Notes under the pieces: model-generated
The model's input: only the letters and a program-made list of their open reading frames with translations
Databases searched by the model: none
What the model was told of the DNA's origin: nothing
NCBI GenBank assembly: GCA_903850885.1
Contig: CAINMU010000037.1
Coordinates: 1,110 to 65,109 of the forward strand
Direction: 5' to 3'
Source: an uncultured Opitutia bacterium
GTDB taxonomy: Bacteria > Verrucomicrobiota > Verrucomicrobiia > Opitutales > UBA953
DNA length: 64,000 bases
In this document: piece by piece, positions 18,991 through 28,356 of the stretch
Layout: the number at the start of each line of letters is the position of its first letter
Position numbering within the stretch: the stretch's first letter is position 1
Made by a program: the position numbers and the translations under genes

Positions 18991-19434
18991 TTATTCCGTG
19001 TCAGCAACCGCAAACGTCACGTTGGAAACCTCGGCGAGGGCGAGGACGTCGAGGACGTTTATCACCCGATCATAGCGGGCGGTTTCTTCGGCTTGGACGG
19101 TGATGAGAAGTTTCGACTTAGCCTGCTCCGCGGCCTTTTTCATCACGACCATCTGGGTGTAAAGGCTTTTCAATTCTTTGTCTTGGGCGTTACCGACCGG
19201 ATCGTCGTTAAGGGTGACCTCGCCGCTTTCCGAGATGCCGATATTAATCTCATCGGGCATTTCGGTTTCCTTGGCGGTCTCGGCGTTGCCGGGGAGGGTG
19301 GTTTTCAGCTCGTGCTCTACTTTAATCGCGCCTGCCATCACCATGAAAAAGAGCATGATGACGAAGACGACATCGATCATCGGCGCGATCTGAAAGCCGG
19401 TGCTAGCGTCGGGTTGGGGGGCGAGTTGACGCAT
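18991..19434 (-). CDS. exbD: ExbD/TolR-family biopolymer transport protein (copy 2)
   Basis: FQIAPMIDVVFVIMLFFMV is the signature TM region with the conserved Asp. Typical length of about 147 aa. Confidence 0.88.
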   Translation of the reverse strand: MRQLAPQPDASTGFQIAPMIDVVFVIMLFFMVMAGAIKVEHELKTTLPGNAETAKETEMPDEINIGISESGEVTLNDDPVGNAQDKELKSLYTQMVVMKKAAEQAKSKLLITVQAEETARYDRVINVLDVLALAEVSNVTFAVADTE

Positions 19435-19436
19435 GA

Positions 19437-19877
19437 TTATTCTTCGTGGTTCAGGCCGGAGAAGGCGATATTATCGATCCCGGCTTCGGCACCCCATTCG
19501 AGGGCTTTGGAAATATATTTGGCGTGGCATTCGCGATCGGCGCGGATGAGGAGACGATATTTTTCGTTGGTGCCTTTGCGGGCGGCCAGTTCCTTGGCAA
19601 TGCCGTCTTTATCGTTAGCGTCCAGCTCGCGGTCATCGAGCTTATACCTGGCCTGTCCGGTGGTCGCGTCCCACGAAATGTTGATCAGTCCGGCGGTCGC
19701 TTTGTCATCCCGTTTGATGCCGTGAGAGGCGACCGGCAACTTGATGTTCTTGTCGACCTTGAGCACTTGGGAGGAAGTGATGGACATGAAGAAGATGAGC
19801 AAGACCAGTAGCACATCAATCATAGGTGCTACCTGGAATTCTGGTTCGCCTTCCGCCCCTCCTCCTCCGCCTGCCAT
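19437..19877 (-). CDS. exbD: ExbD/TolR-family biopolymer transport protein (copy 1)
   Basis: FQVAPMIDVLLVLLIFFM signature. It is 2 nt from the next exbD. Confidence 0.88.
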   Translation of the reverse strand: MAGGGGGAEGEPEFQVAPMIDVLLVLLIFFMSITSSQVLKVDKNIKLPVASHGIKRDDKATAGLINISWDATTGQARYKLDDRELDANDKDGIAKELAARKGTNEKYRLLIRADRECHAKYISKALEWGAEAGIDNIAFSGLNHEE

Positions 19878-19903
19878 GGTCGTTTAGTCGGGTTGGAGGT
19901 GAA

Positions 19904-20713
19904 TTAGGCCTTCTCCGCAGGAGCGGGGGAGGCATTCCAATCTGGCTTGGAGGCGTAGATTTCATCATCACCGACGCGCCGACCAGCGATTTCATCGTAG
20001 GGGAAGGAGCGGAAAAGGCCGCTGACAATTTCGCCGATATCATGGACGCCTTTATTGATGCGATTCGTCAGCAGGTAGTAAGCGATGAAGGCCGGAATAG
20101 CGATGAACAGTCCGGATGCCGTTGCGACGAGCACTTCGCCGATGGCGCCGGAGAGGGAGGAGGGATCGCCCGCGCCCGTAGTAGCAAGCTTTTGGAAGGC
20201 CTTCATCATGCCGGTCACCGTACCGGTTAGGCCCATCATTGGCGTACAGACGCCAATAACGGAGAGGTAGGAGGCGCGTCCTTTGAGTTCGGCTTGGATG
20301 CGGGTGATTTCCGAAATGATGGCTTCTTCGGTCATGGTCTTTCCTTCAGGGGAGAGGGACACTCCGGCGCGGATAACCTGAGCGACGGCCGAGTTGGCTT
20401 CTTTAGCATAAGCGTAGGCACCGACATAATCGCCTTTCTTGAAGAGGGTGCGGAGCTCCTTGACGTGGTCAGCAGGGTAAAGCTTGGCGGTGCTGGTTTT
20501 AAGGAAGCCATCAACGATGAACCAGATCATAAGAACCGAGCAAACCGTGATAGGGTACATGACCCATCCGCCTTCGATGAAAAGATCCAGCAAGGACTTG
20601 TCAAAGTGGTTGGGGGCGGCGGGAGCAGCCGCAGCGGCTTGCGCGAACATGTTGGCGGTCGCTAGACCGAGGAAGAGCGAAGTGATTAAGGGGAGGCGGA
20701 GTTTCAGCTTCAT
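19904..20713 (-). CDS. exbB: MotA/TolQ/ExbB proton-channel protein
   Basis: C-terminal channel motif PMMGLTGTVTGMMKAF...GAIGEVLVATASGLFIAIPA. The start is taken at MKLKLRLPLITSLF (ATG at 20713), which gives a signal-like N-terminus. Confidence 0.88.
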   Translation of the reverse strand: MKLKLRLPLITSLFLGLATANMFAQAAAAAPAAPNHFDKSLLDLFIEGGWVMYPITVCSVLMIWFIVDGFLKTSTAKLYPADHVKELRTLFKKGDYVGAYAYAKEANSAVAQVIRAGVSLSPEGKTMTEEAIISEITRIQAELKGRASYLSVIGVCTPMMGLTGTVTGMMKAFQKLATTGAGDPSSLSGAIGEVLVATASGLFIAIPAFIAYYLLTNRINKGVHDIGEIVSGLFRSFPYDEIAGRRVGDDEIYASKPDWNASPAPAEKA

Positions 20714-20768
20714 AGGGACCTGAGTGGGTTGTGGATATTTAGGTTGGGTTTTGGAAAGGGGCAAGGAC

Positions 20769-21797
20769 TCACTTGTTGCCAGACTGATCGTCTTCGGCTT
20801 TGACTTTGGGCTTGGCCATCACGGCCCCCTCGGGGAGCGCGGCGGCCGTCGCCAGTTTCTTTTGCTCAGCTTCGGCTTTAAGGCGGTCTTCTTTAGGCAA
20901 GAGTTTCTTGGCTTCTTCTGCTTCTTTAGAGACGGGGTAGCTTGTGATGATGTCGCGCAGGTATCGGTTGGAAACTTCTTCGAGTTTCTGCTCCCGGGTT
21001 GCCGGAGCGTCCATACCGCGGAAGGCACGGGCGGCGCCAAGGAGGGCTTTGGGGACGTGTTCAAGCTGGGCACCGTAAAAGACCGGAACCCGCAGATAGA
21101 CGCTCATTGCCAATTCATATTTCTTGGTAGCCAGTAAGGAGTTGGCTTTGACGATATGTAAACGAGCGAGTAGGTCCGGGTCGTCCATCTTCGGAATCAG
21201 GTCAGTAGCCTCCTTGATGACGGACTCGTGGTCGCCTTTTCGGGCGCGTTGCATGAGGCGGGCCAGTTGGATCTTGATGGCGAGTTCGGGGAGCTTGGCA
21301 CTTTCGTCTTTTTCCAGGTTGTCCAAAAAGGAGCCGATGGCGGCCTCGTTCTCGAGCCGGTCAAGAGCGTCCAACTTAAGCATCGTGGCCTTCGCCCACC
21401 AGCTGCCTGGAATCGTCTTCAGGGGTTCGAATAATTTGATGACGGCTTCGATGTTATCCAGGGCTTTGCCTGGCTCGCCGCGATTGATATTATTCTGAGC
21501 CTCGATCAGTCGCTCGGGTAGAGGCCAGATGATGCCGAGGACATCAACGAGTTTTTTACTCGCCCTGATTTCGGCGCCGCTGATGAAGTTAGTGCGTTCA
21601 ACGGTCCCGTTGACAGGGTTGATTAGGCCTTTTTTGGCGTCTACCAAGGGTTTGGGCGGCAAAGCAGTCCGATCCATCTTGAAGGGGTCATTGATTTCCC
21701 AGCGTTCGTTTGATTTAAAAATAAAAACTTGCCCAGAGGCCGAAGGAAGTTGGCTAAGGGCGGCAAGCGCCAGAACGATGCGGACGAAAGGGGTCAT
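20769..21797 (-). CDS. secreted TPR-like helical-repeat protein (342 aa)
   Basis: Start at MTPFVRIVLALAALSQLPSASGQ (signal peptide), 4 nt after the upstream stop. The body is helical and the tail is Lys/Glu-rich. Confidence 0.6.
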   Translation of the reverse strand: MTPFVRIVLALAALSQLPSASGQVFIFKSNERWEINDPFKMDRTALPPKPLVDAKKGLINPVNGTVERTNFISGAEIRASKKLVDVLGIIWPLPERLIEAQNNINRGEPGKALDNIEAVIKLFEPLKTIPGSWWAKATMLKLDALDRLENEAAIGSFLDNLEKDESAKLPELAIKIQLARLMQRARKGDHESVIKEATDLIPKMDDPDLLARLHIVKANSLLATKKYELAMSVYLRVPVFYGAQLEHVPKALLGAARAFRGMDAPATREQKLEEVSNRYLRDIITSYPVSKEAEEAKKLLPKEDRLKAEAEQKKLATAAALPEGAVMAKPKVKAEDDQSGNK

Positions 21798-21801
21798 GGG
21801 A

Positions 21802-24800
21802 TTAGAAGTTAAGGGTGAGTTCTTTGGCTTCGTTGGCTTCCGGGGTCGCCTTGATCCGCTCATTGCTGAGCATCTCAACGAGTACCGCTTTGGCTTCGGG
21901 TTTCTGCCCCATCTTGTTTCCGAGAATCTTCGCCGCCGAAAGGTAGGCCTTGGCGGACCAAACTTCATATTTCTTCCAGGCCATCCAGCAGCGACGGTAA
22001 TAGGCTACCGCTTCGGCGTCATGGCCTTGACGCTCTTCCATCTGACCGAGCCAGTAGAGGCAGCCTGCCGTGGTTTCGCCTCTCCATTCCTTGGTCTTGG
22101 CGATGTCTTCGAGAGTCTTTTTGGCGGCGACATATTGTCCTAGTTCAACCAACGCGCGACCGTGCACGAAAAGGATTTCACGTTCCTTCGACATGAGGAT
22201 GTTGTTGTCGATGGCTTCTTGGCAAAGCTCGGCGGCCTGCTTGAACTTTTTTTGACGCAGCAAGATTTCAGCCGAACCGGCGAAGCCGTAGTCGGCATAA
22301 TCCGTGGAGCGGCTGTGTTCGCGGATATAGTCGAAGTAGCTGGCGGCCTTGGTCAGTTCCCCTTTTGTGAGTAGGTGGTCGCCGACGACAGCCATGATGG
22401 TCGGGCTCAGTTCCTCGGCTTTGTAGCTCGTGGCGATTTTTTCAAAATATTCGGCGGCCTTTCCGGGATTACGCGTGTTGAGGGCAAGTTGACCGAGGGC
22501 GAAGAAGCCGCGGGCTTGGGCAATGAGGGAGTCTCGATTCTCTTCGAGGCGAAGCAATTTTTTCAGTTCCACTTCGGCATTGTCCACGGAATACGCCGCG
22601 GGGTCGGGCTTAGTGCCAGGCTTAACCCGCTTCACTTTCTTGGCGATTTTCTCGGTCAGGAAGATGATGAGTTTCTCGGCACCTTCTTGGCGGCGGTCGT
22701 TGATGCTTTCCGTCACGGAATTGGAAAGTATTTTAAGCGCGTCTGTTTTGGCCTGGGTGATGCTTGTTTGACGTTCTTTTTCGATAGTGTCGAGTTCGGC
22801 GGCCAGTTGGGCGGAGAGTTTAGCGACTGCTTCCTTGGCGGCCGCGACCGCTTCGGGGGTGCCGGAGTTGCGCTCAAGGTCGTTGACGGTCTTGCGGGCG
22901 ACCGCCAGCTTGGTGCTGTAATTTTTGGTGGTTTGTTCGGTGCGTTGGCTGAATTCGATCTTATCCCCCATGCGCTCGGTCGATTTGATGACGTCAAAAA
23001 GGTAGGTCATCGCCTTGGGGTCGTTATGGTTCCAGTCGTAGATTTCCTTGTAGAGGTCGCGCATCCGTTGGTGTTCGCCGCGCCCGGGAAGCATCTTGCC
23101 TAGTTCCCGCAGGACGAATTCCAGCGCCGAGGCGTTGGTGCGGCCGGTCCGGGCCGCGGCGACATAGGCATCAACCGCTTTGCCGGTGACATCGTTCTTC
23201 TGCTTTTCAAGTTTAGCTTTGTTCGCCGCCGCCGAGGTTTTTCCGGAAGTCGAATCGGAGTTACGGATATCGAGGTCGGCCAAGCGGATTGCTTCGGTGA
23301 GTTGGTCGGCCAAACGGATGTAGGTGTCACCGATCAGCGTGTGGACTTCGGGCAGTTGGTTGATGACCTCATCCGTTTTCATAACGGCGAATTCCTTCAG
23401 CCATTCGTTGCAGAGGCGCAGGGTTTCGGTGGTCTCGGGGGGATTGCTGCCGAATTTGACAATCGCTTGACGGTACCGGACGTCGGGAAGGAATTGACCG
23501 CGGGGGTATTCTTTCTCGTAAGTGTCGAAGGCGGCCTTCGTTTCCTTGAATTTTCCTTGGTAGAACCAGCACAGCGCGTTCATGTACAGCACCTGCTGGG
23601 TGACGGGTGATTGCGGGTATTGCTTGAGAAACTTTTCAAACGCGACGCGAGCATCATTCCAGTCGACCATTGCGAAGTGGCAGCAAGCGATGCGGAAATC
23701 GATTTCCATCGCCGCGTCTGCACTGAGGTTTTTTACGTTATCCTTCACCCATCGATAATGGGTGATGGCTTCTTTGAAATCTTCGGTGTCCTGGGAAATT
23801 TCGCCCAAGATCATGCCGATGGCTGAGTTTTCATCGGCCTTCGGGAATTTACCCAGGAACTCCTTGCACTTGGCTTGGGCTTCGACGTTTCGTCCGGTGC
23901 GCCGAAGGGCAACGATGTAGTAATAATAGGTGCCGGCAATCCGGGAGAACTCAGGGTTGTTATCAAAGATATCGCGGAAGGCCACGAAGGCTTCCCAAGG
24001 GCGGTTTAATTCGAGCAGGCAAAGGCCGATGCGGTAGGAGATGAAGGCGTCGTAATCTTTGTTCGCGTTAAACTCTGCTTCGATTTTTTTAAATTGATCC
24101 AAGTCTTGGCGCACCATTTCGATCTTCACTTTTATCTCATCATTTGGCTTCGGGTTGTTTTTCGTGATGGTATCGAGGTCGCCTTGCTTCCCTTCGACCG
24201 CTTTGAGAAGTGCGCGGGTGAGGGTCGCCCGCCGGAGCGTGCCTTGGTAATTATTGAGTGCCAGTCGGTAGGCTTCGGGTTGGGCATTTTCGTCGACGGT
24301 GGCTTCGGCGGAAGCGAAGCGGGCATCGCCGATGCTGAGGCGCTGGAAGTTGGAACGGACGATATCGGCCGGAGAGCCGCTGCTCTTAGCGTCGATTTCG
24401 GCTTTGAGCTGATCGGCGTCTTTGACGAGCCCGAGCTTGGTGTAGATTTCGACCAGTTTGAAGCCGGCCTCTTTGCGTTCGGGCGTATTAACGCCTTCCG
24501 AGGTGGCCTGTTTGAGCAAGGCGATGGCTTGGCCGTAGGCTGCTTTTTTATCAGCTTCCGGGGCCGACTTAACGCGGTCGAGGACGAGCTTGGCGGAGAG
24601 GGCGTAGGCGTTGACGCGATCTTCAGGCCGGGCCAAGGTATTCGAACGGATTTTTTCGAGACGCTGGAGGGCCGCATCCCACTTGGCTTGATTGGAAAGG
24701 ACTTCAATCAACGTAAGTTCCGCCAGCCCGCGCCGATTATCGCTATCAAAAAAGTCGTCGGTCCCTTTGGGGTATTTCGTCAGGAAATTAGTTAATTCGA

Positions 24801-25149
24801 TTTCGGTCTTAGACCAATCCTTGATCAGGAAGTAGCAGGTGGCTTTTCGGAAGATGACCACCGCTTTGAGTTTATCTTCAACGTTGGTCGCTTGTTTTTC
24901 GAGTTCGACGTAGTCGGCCAAGGCGTCCTTGTATTTCTTTTGATCAAGGTGCAGTTCGGCTTTTTTGAATAAGACAGACAGGGGGTCTTCCTTGGACTCT
25001 TTGTTGATCGCGGCGGCGGCCGCTTGGGCCCGCAAATCACCAGGCAGGGGGAAGGCGGCGAGGAGGACGGCAAAAAGTGAAGCTTTTGCCAACTTGTAGA
25101 TTCGAGACTCGAGGGTAGCCATCAGATTGGGGAGTGACAAACTCCGCAT
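21802..25149 (-). CDS. very large secreted TPR-repeat protein (about 1116 aa)
   Basis: The ORF is open to 25197. Likely starts are M17 (25149) or M26 (25122), before the signal-like segment KASLFAVLLAAFPLPGDLRAQA. A perfect TATAAT on the minus strand at 25196..25201 overlaps the first ATG. The sequence is TPR-like throughout. Confidence 0.65.
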   Translation of the reverse strand: MRSLSLPNLMATLESRIYKLAKASLFAVLLAAFPLPGDLRAQAAAAAINKESKEDPLSVLFKKAELHLDQKKYKDALADYVELEKQATNVEDKLKAVVIFRKATCYFLIKDWSKTEIELTNFLTKYPKGTDDFFDSDNRRGLAELTLIEVLSNQAKWDAALQRLEKIRSNTLARPEDRVNAYALSAKLVLDRVKSAPEADKKAAYGQAIALLKQATSEGVNTPERKEAGFKLVEIYTKLGLVKDADQLKAEIDAKSSGSPADIVRSNFQRLSIGDARFASAEATVDENAQPEAYRLALNNYQGTLRRATLTRALLKAVEGKQGDLDTITKNNPKPNDEIKVKIEMVRQDLDQFKKIEAEFNANKDYDAFISYRIGLCLLELNRPWEAFVAFRDIFDNNPEFSRIAGTYYYYIVALRRTGRNVEAQAKCKEFLGKFPKADENSAIGMILGEISQDTEDFKEAITHYRWVKDNVKNLSADAAMEIDFRIACCHFAMVDWNDARVAFEKFLKQYPQSPVTQQVLYMNALCWFYQGKFKETKAAFDTYEKEYPRGQFLPDVRYRQAIVKFGSNPPETTETLRLCNEWLKEFAVMKTDEVINQLPEVHTLIGDTYIRLADQLTEAIRLADLDIRNSDSTSGKTSAAANKAKLEKQKNDVTGKAVDAYVAAARTGRTNASALEFVLRELGKMLPGRGEHQRMRDLYKEIYDWNHNDPKAMTYLFDVIKSTERMGDKIEFSQRTEQTTKNYSTKLAVARKTVNDLERNSGTPEAVAAAKEAVAKLSAQLAAELDTIEKERQTSITQAKTDALKILSNSVTESINDRRQEGAEKLIIFLTEKIAKKVKRVKPGTKPDPAAYSVDNAEVELKKLLRLEENRDSLIAQARGFFALGQLALNTRNPGKAAEYFEKIATSYKAEELSPTIMAVVGDHLLTKGELTKAASYFDYIREHSRSTDYADYGFAGSAEILLRQKKFKQAAELCQEAIDNNILMSKEREILFVHGRALVELGQYVAAKKTLEDIAKTKEWRGETTAGCLYWLGQMEERQGHDAEAVAYYRRCWMAWKKYEVWSAKAYLSAAKILGNKMGQKPEAKAVLVEMLSNERIKATPEANEAKELTLNF

Positions 25150-25262
25150 TGGGGTGGGGTCTAAAATTGGCCAATCGCTGGGCCGCTGCCAAGCCATTAT
25201 AAAGGGGATTAGCCCCTATTTGCCGTTTGTTGCCAACTTGAAACAATGGATAGCTTGCTTGC

Positions 25263-26201
25263 TCACCGACCAGCCTTTTGCCCCGAGGCGAGTAAGGTCT
25301 CAAACCCTGGTTCTTTGGGCTCCTTGGCCACCACGCGAACCTCCGAGTGCTGGAACCCCGCGGCTTCCAGCCAGTCGTGGAGGTCGTTTTCTTTGAACCC
25401 CAGCCAGCGGTCCGCATAGAGCTCACGAGCTTTTTCAAAACGGTGGGCGCGGAGATCGAGAACGAGGAGCCTGCCGCCCGGTTTAAGAATCCGGTAGGCC
25501 TCGCTTAGGGCTTTTCTGGGATTGTCGGCGTGATGCAGGGCTTGACTGAGTAGCGCGAGATCGACGCTTCGATCGGCCAAGGGGACCTTCTCGATATCGC
25601 CGAGGACGTAGGTAAGATTATTAAGATGTTCCTTTTTCGCCAAGGCCCGGCCTAGCTGGACCATGCGAGGGGAATTATCGATACAATGAACGCTTTCGGC
25701 CCGACGTGCGAGTAGTCGGGATAGGGTGCCGTCGCCGGCGCCCAGGTCGGCAATCTTGACGCACGGTGCGAGCAAGAGAAGCATCTGTCCGATAGCCTCC
25801 CAGGATCTCCCTGGGCAGTAGTTGCGGCCGAGCCGATCCGCTACCAAGTTGAAATGTCGTTCCGCTTTTTGCCGCCGCTTTTGGATGATCCGTTGAAGGG
25901 AGCGTTGGTCGGCGGCGGTTTCCGGGTCTTCAGCCGTAGCGGCGATAGCGGCCTCGATGATTCGGCTCACGCCCGCCGGAAGATTACGGGCGAGTGAGTA
26001 ATAAGAATTTTTCCCATCTCGGCGGTCGTCGGCGAGTCCGGCTTTACGAAGGAGCGAAAGGTGCGTCGAGATGCGCGACTGACGCATGCCGAGAATTTCC
26101 TGAAGCTCGCCTACGGCCAGTTCGCCTCGGTTTAAAAGAAATAAAATCCTAGCCCGGGTGGGGTCGGCGAGAAGCCGGAGAGACTCCCAGGGGGTTGGCA
26201 T
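25263..26201 (-). CDS. ArsR/SmtB-family HTH regulator fused to a class I SAM-dependent methyltransferase
   Basis: N-terminus LRLLADPTRARILFLL...GELQEILGMRQSRISTHLSLLRKAGL is an ArsR wHTH. The C-terminus has SAM motif I (IADLGAGDG) and ILKPGGRLLVLD. Confidence 0.85.
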   Translation of the reverse strand: MPTPWESLRLLADPTRARILFLLNRGELAVGELQEILGMRQSRISTHLSLLRKAGLADDRRDGKNSYYSLARNLPAGVSRIIEAAIAATAEDPETAADQRSLQRIIQKRRQKAERHFNLVADRLGRNYCPGRSWEAIGQMLLLLAPCVKIADLGAGDGTLSRLLARRAESVHCIDNSPRMVQLGRALAKKEHLNNLTYVLGDIEKVPLADRSVDLALLSQALHHADNPRKALSEAYRILKPGGRLLVLDLRAHRFEKARELYADRWLGFKENDLHDWLEAAGFQHSEVRVVAKEPKEPGFETLLASGQKAGR

Positions 26202-26232
26202 AGGGATTGATTAGGGGCGAATGGGCGGGGTG

Positions 26233-26263
26233 TCAAAAGAGGAAGCCCCGTTTCCGGGGCTTC
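26233..26263 (-). terminator. Rho-independent terminator of the greA-like gene
   Basis: Stem gaagccccg / cggggcttc with a 4-nt loop, followed on the minus strand by CTCTTTTG. It lies 22 nt after the stop. Confidence 0.7.
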
Positions 26264-26284
26264 TTCGAGGGCGCCTGAGATGGC

Positions 26285-28256
26285 TTATTTGCGCTTATCG
26301 ATCCAGCGAGTGATCGTGATAACGTTCCACGTTTCAGCCTTACCGTTGATGTTGGTGACGAACGTCTCGCCTGGCTTGTGGTTCAGGAACTGCTTTGCCA
26401 GCGGGGAAATGTACGAAAGGATGTTCTCTTCCGGTTTACCGTCCCAGGCCCCGAGAATATCGTAGGTGATCTGGACTTGGTCGGACCCGCGGAGGAGGGT
26501 GACGGTTGAGCCGATGCTGATTGAGTCAGTCTTGGCTTCTTTGAAATCGGTGATGCGGGCCTTTTTCAGAACGGAGTCAAGTTCGGCGCGACGGGCGGCG
26601 AGGGTGTCATGATCTTGGCGGGCCATCTTGTATTCGGAATTCTCCTTCAGGTCGCCGTGCTCCTTGGCGATCTGGATGGCTTCCTTAATGGCGGGCAGGC
26701 GGACTTTGACGATATCCTCAAGCTCGCGCTCTTTTTCTGCTTTGCTGGCATTGGAGACGACGAGTTCTTTTTCTTCGGCCTCGGTGTCGGTATGCTTTGA
26801 TTGTGCCAGACGTTGGACGTGTGGATCAATTTTCGCCAAGCGTGAAAGCAACGCCTTCTTAGTCATTTGGTCGAACCCTTGGCTGCTCAGCATGGTGCGC
26901 GTCAGGTCGAAGATCGTTTCGCTATCGGTTTTCGGCCCGTTGGCCGGTGCCAAGATGTCGGCGATCAGTTCGCGATCCTTGATCAGTTCATTTGCCAGCG
27001 GGATGCGGGCGGTAGAATTTGACTCGAGGGATTCAGTGTCGACGGATGAGAGAATGGCGCCGAGCAACGATGGATTGATGAGGCGGCTGACGATATCCGC
27101 ATACTTCTTCGAGGTGCGATTTTTGATGACCCAGATGATGACCGGAGCACGTAGTTCGCGGGTATCGAGCCACTGGGCGAAACGATTAGCCACTTGGGCG
27201 GAAAGTTCTTGGTCGCAGAGATAAGCGATGCATTCGGAGACTAATTTAGCCGAACCGCTCTTGGTGGTCCCGATGTCGCGATTGCGCAGCAGGTCGAAAG
27301 CGCAATCAGCCCAGTTGTCGCCGTGGTGCGCGCGGACGAGGTCAAGCAGGCTACGAATTTTCTCGGTCGTGTGCGGGATGTTAAGCGCGATGAGCGCCAA
27401 GTCACTTTCAGAGCAAAGGGCGATGACGTCGGAGGCCGTTGGGCTGACGGTTTCAACGGTTTCGACGGCCGGACGGAAGAATTTATCTCGGTTCCAGATA
27501 CCGCAGAGGATCACCGGTAGATTATCGCGACGACGAGCGCTGCTCAGGGCATTCACGGCCTTGGCGAGGTCGGAAGAAACCTTGGCCAGGTTGGCTTCGT
27601 TAGCAGCTGAGCGGGTTTCGGCCGTAGTGCTGTCAGCGAGTTCTTCGAGGAGGGCTAATTTACGTTCAAGATTAGGGGCACCTTCGTACTGAGCGAAGAG
27701 ATCTTCGCCAACGTCCTGAGGAGCGACGAGAAGGGCGTAGAGCCCCTCCTTTGCGTTCGGGAACGAGGACCGCGCGATCCTTGCGCAGGACGGCACGTGC
27801 CTTGGTCCACCAAGCCTTGAAGGCAGCCGCACGGTCCTTGCCGGCAGGGAGGGATGCGAAGTGGATGCGCTCGAGGTTGGCTTCGAGGGCGTAAGAAGAG
27901 CTGGTTCCTGCGGGGCTCTCGTCGAGGAGGGCCTTGACGATTCCGGCAGGGTCATTGGCGACCATTCCGGCGATTTTTTCCTTAGTGTCGTCAGCGTAAG
28001 CCGATGCTACGGCACCATTTGGGTTAATAATCTCAATTTTACCGAGAAAGAATGCGGCGTCCATCGCGTGGGCTTTTTTATTCTGCTCGGGGAAGTCGAC
28101 CGTGAAGCGTTTGGCAGCTTCGTCGTAGGCGCGGATGATGCCGATACCCCAGGCTTGGTGAAGGCAGAAGGCGGGTTGACCCGTTGCTACCCTGTCAATG
28201 GCGGCCTGCAGAGAGTTAATTTTACCACCTTGTGGGTTAGGGACCTTGTTGCTCAT
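26285..28256 (-). pseudogene. greA: long-form transcription elongation factor GreA homolog (about 657 aa if joined), interrupted by a 1-nt frameshift near 27743..27746
   Basis: The C-terminal 150 aa are clearly GreA (AKEHGDLKENSEYKMARQ; FKBP-like end ILSYISPLAKQFLNHKPGETF). Track ORFs 27672..28283 and 26285..27955 overlap in different frames. Removing one G from the GGGG run (minus strand) reads ...VLVPERKGGLYALLVAPQDV... continuously. Confidence 0.65.
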
Positions 28257-28356
28257 TGCAAAAATTGGTTTTGGGGATAACAATTCTCACTTGCAAGCAG
28301 GAAGGCTGAGGGCTTTGGGGTCTATCGACCTTAAGTCCGAACCTCGACACTCTCAC

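Noticed and set aside
22375-24795. Long plus-strand ORFs (22375..23103, 24094..24795 and others) inside the giant TPR gene.
   Set aside because: They are also codon-aligned antisense frames of the minus-strand gene (starts = 1 mod 3 vs gene start 25197 = 0 mod 3). The composition is G/F/D/E-rich with no motifs. They are shadow ORFs.
25196-25201. A perfect TATAAT on the minus strand upstream of the giant TPR gene, as a promoter call.
   Set aside because: It is not reported as a feature because the -35 region at 16-18 nt spacing (GGCAAA) is poor, and promoter consensus for this lineage is unknown to me. It is used only as weak support for choosing a downstream start codon.
26242-26263. The terminator stems at 26242 and 57911 share the core GAAGCCCCG...CGGGGCTTC, which could hint at a dispersed repeat (REP-like) family.
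   Set aside because: Only about 9-10 nt are shared. The loops and flanks differ, and the other terminators (18946, 34741, 41812, 52840) use unrelated stems. This is most likely coincidence among GC-rich hairpins. A genome-wide k-mer count would settle it.
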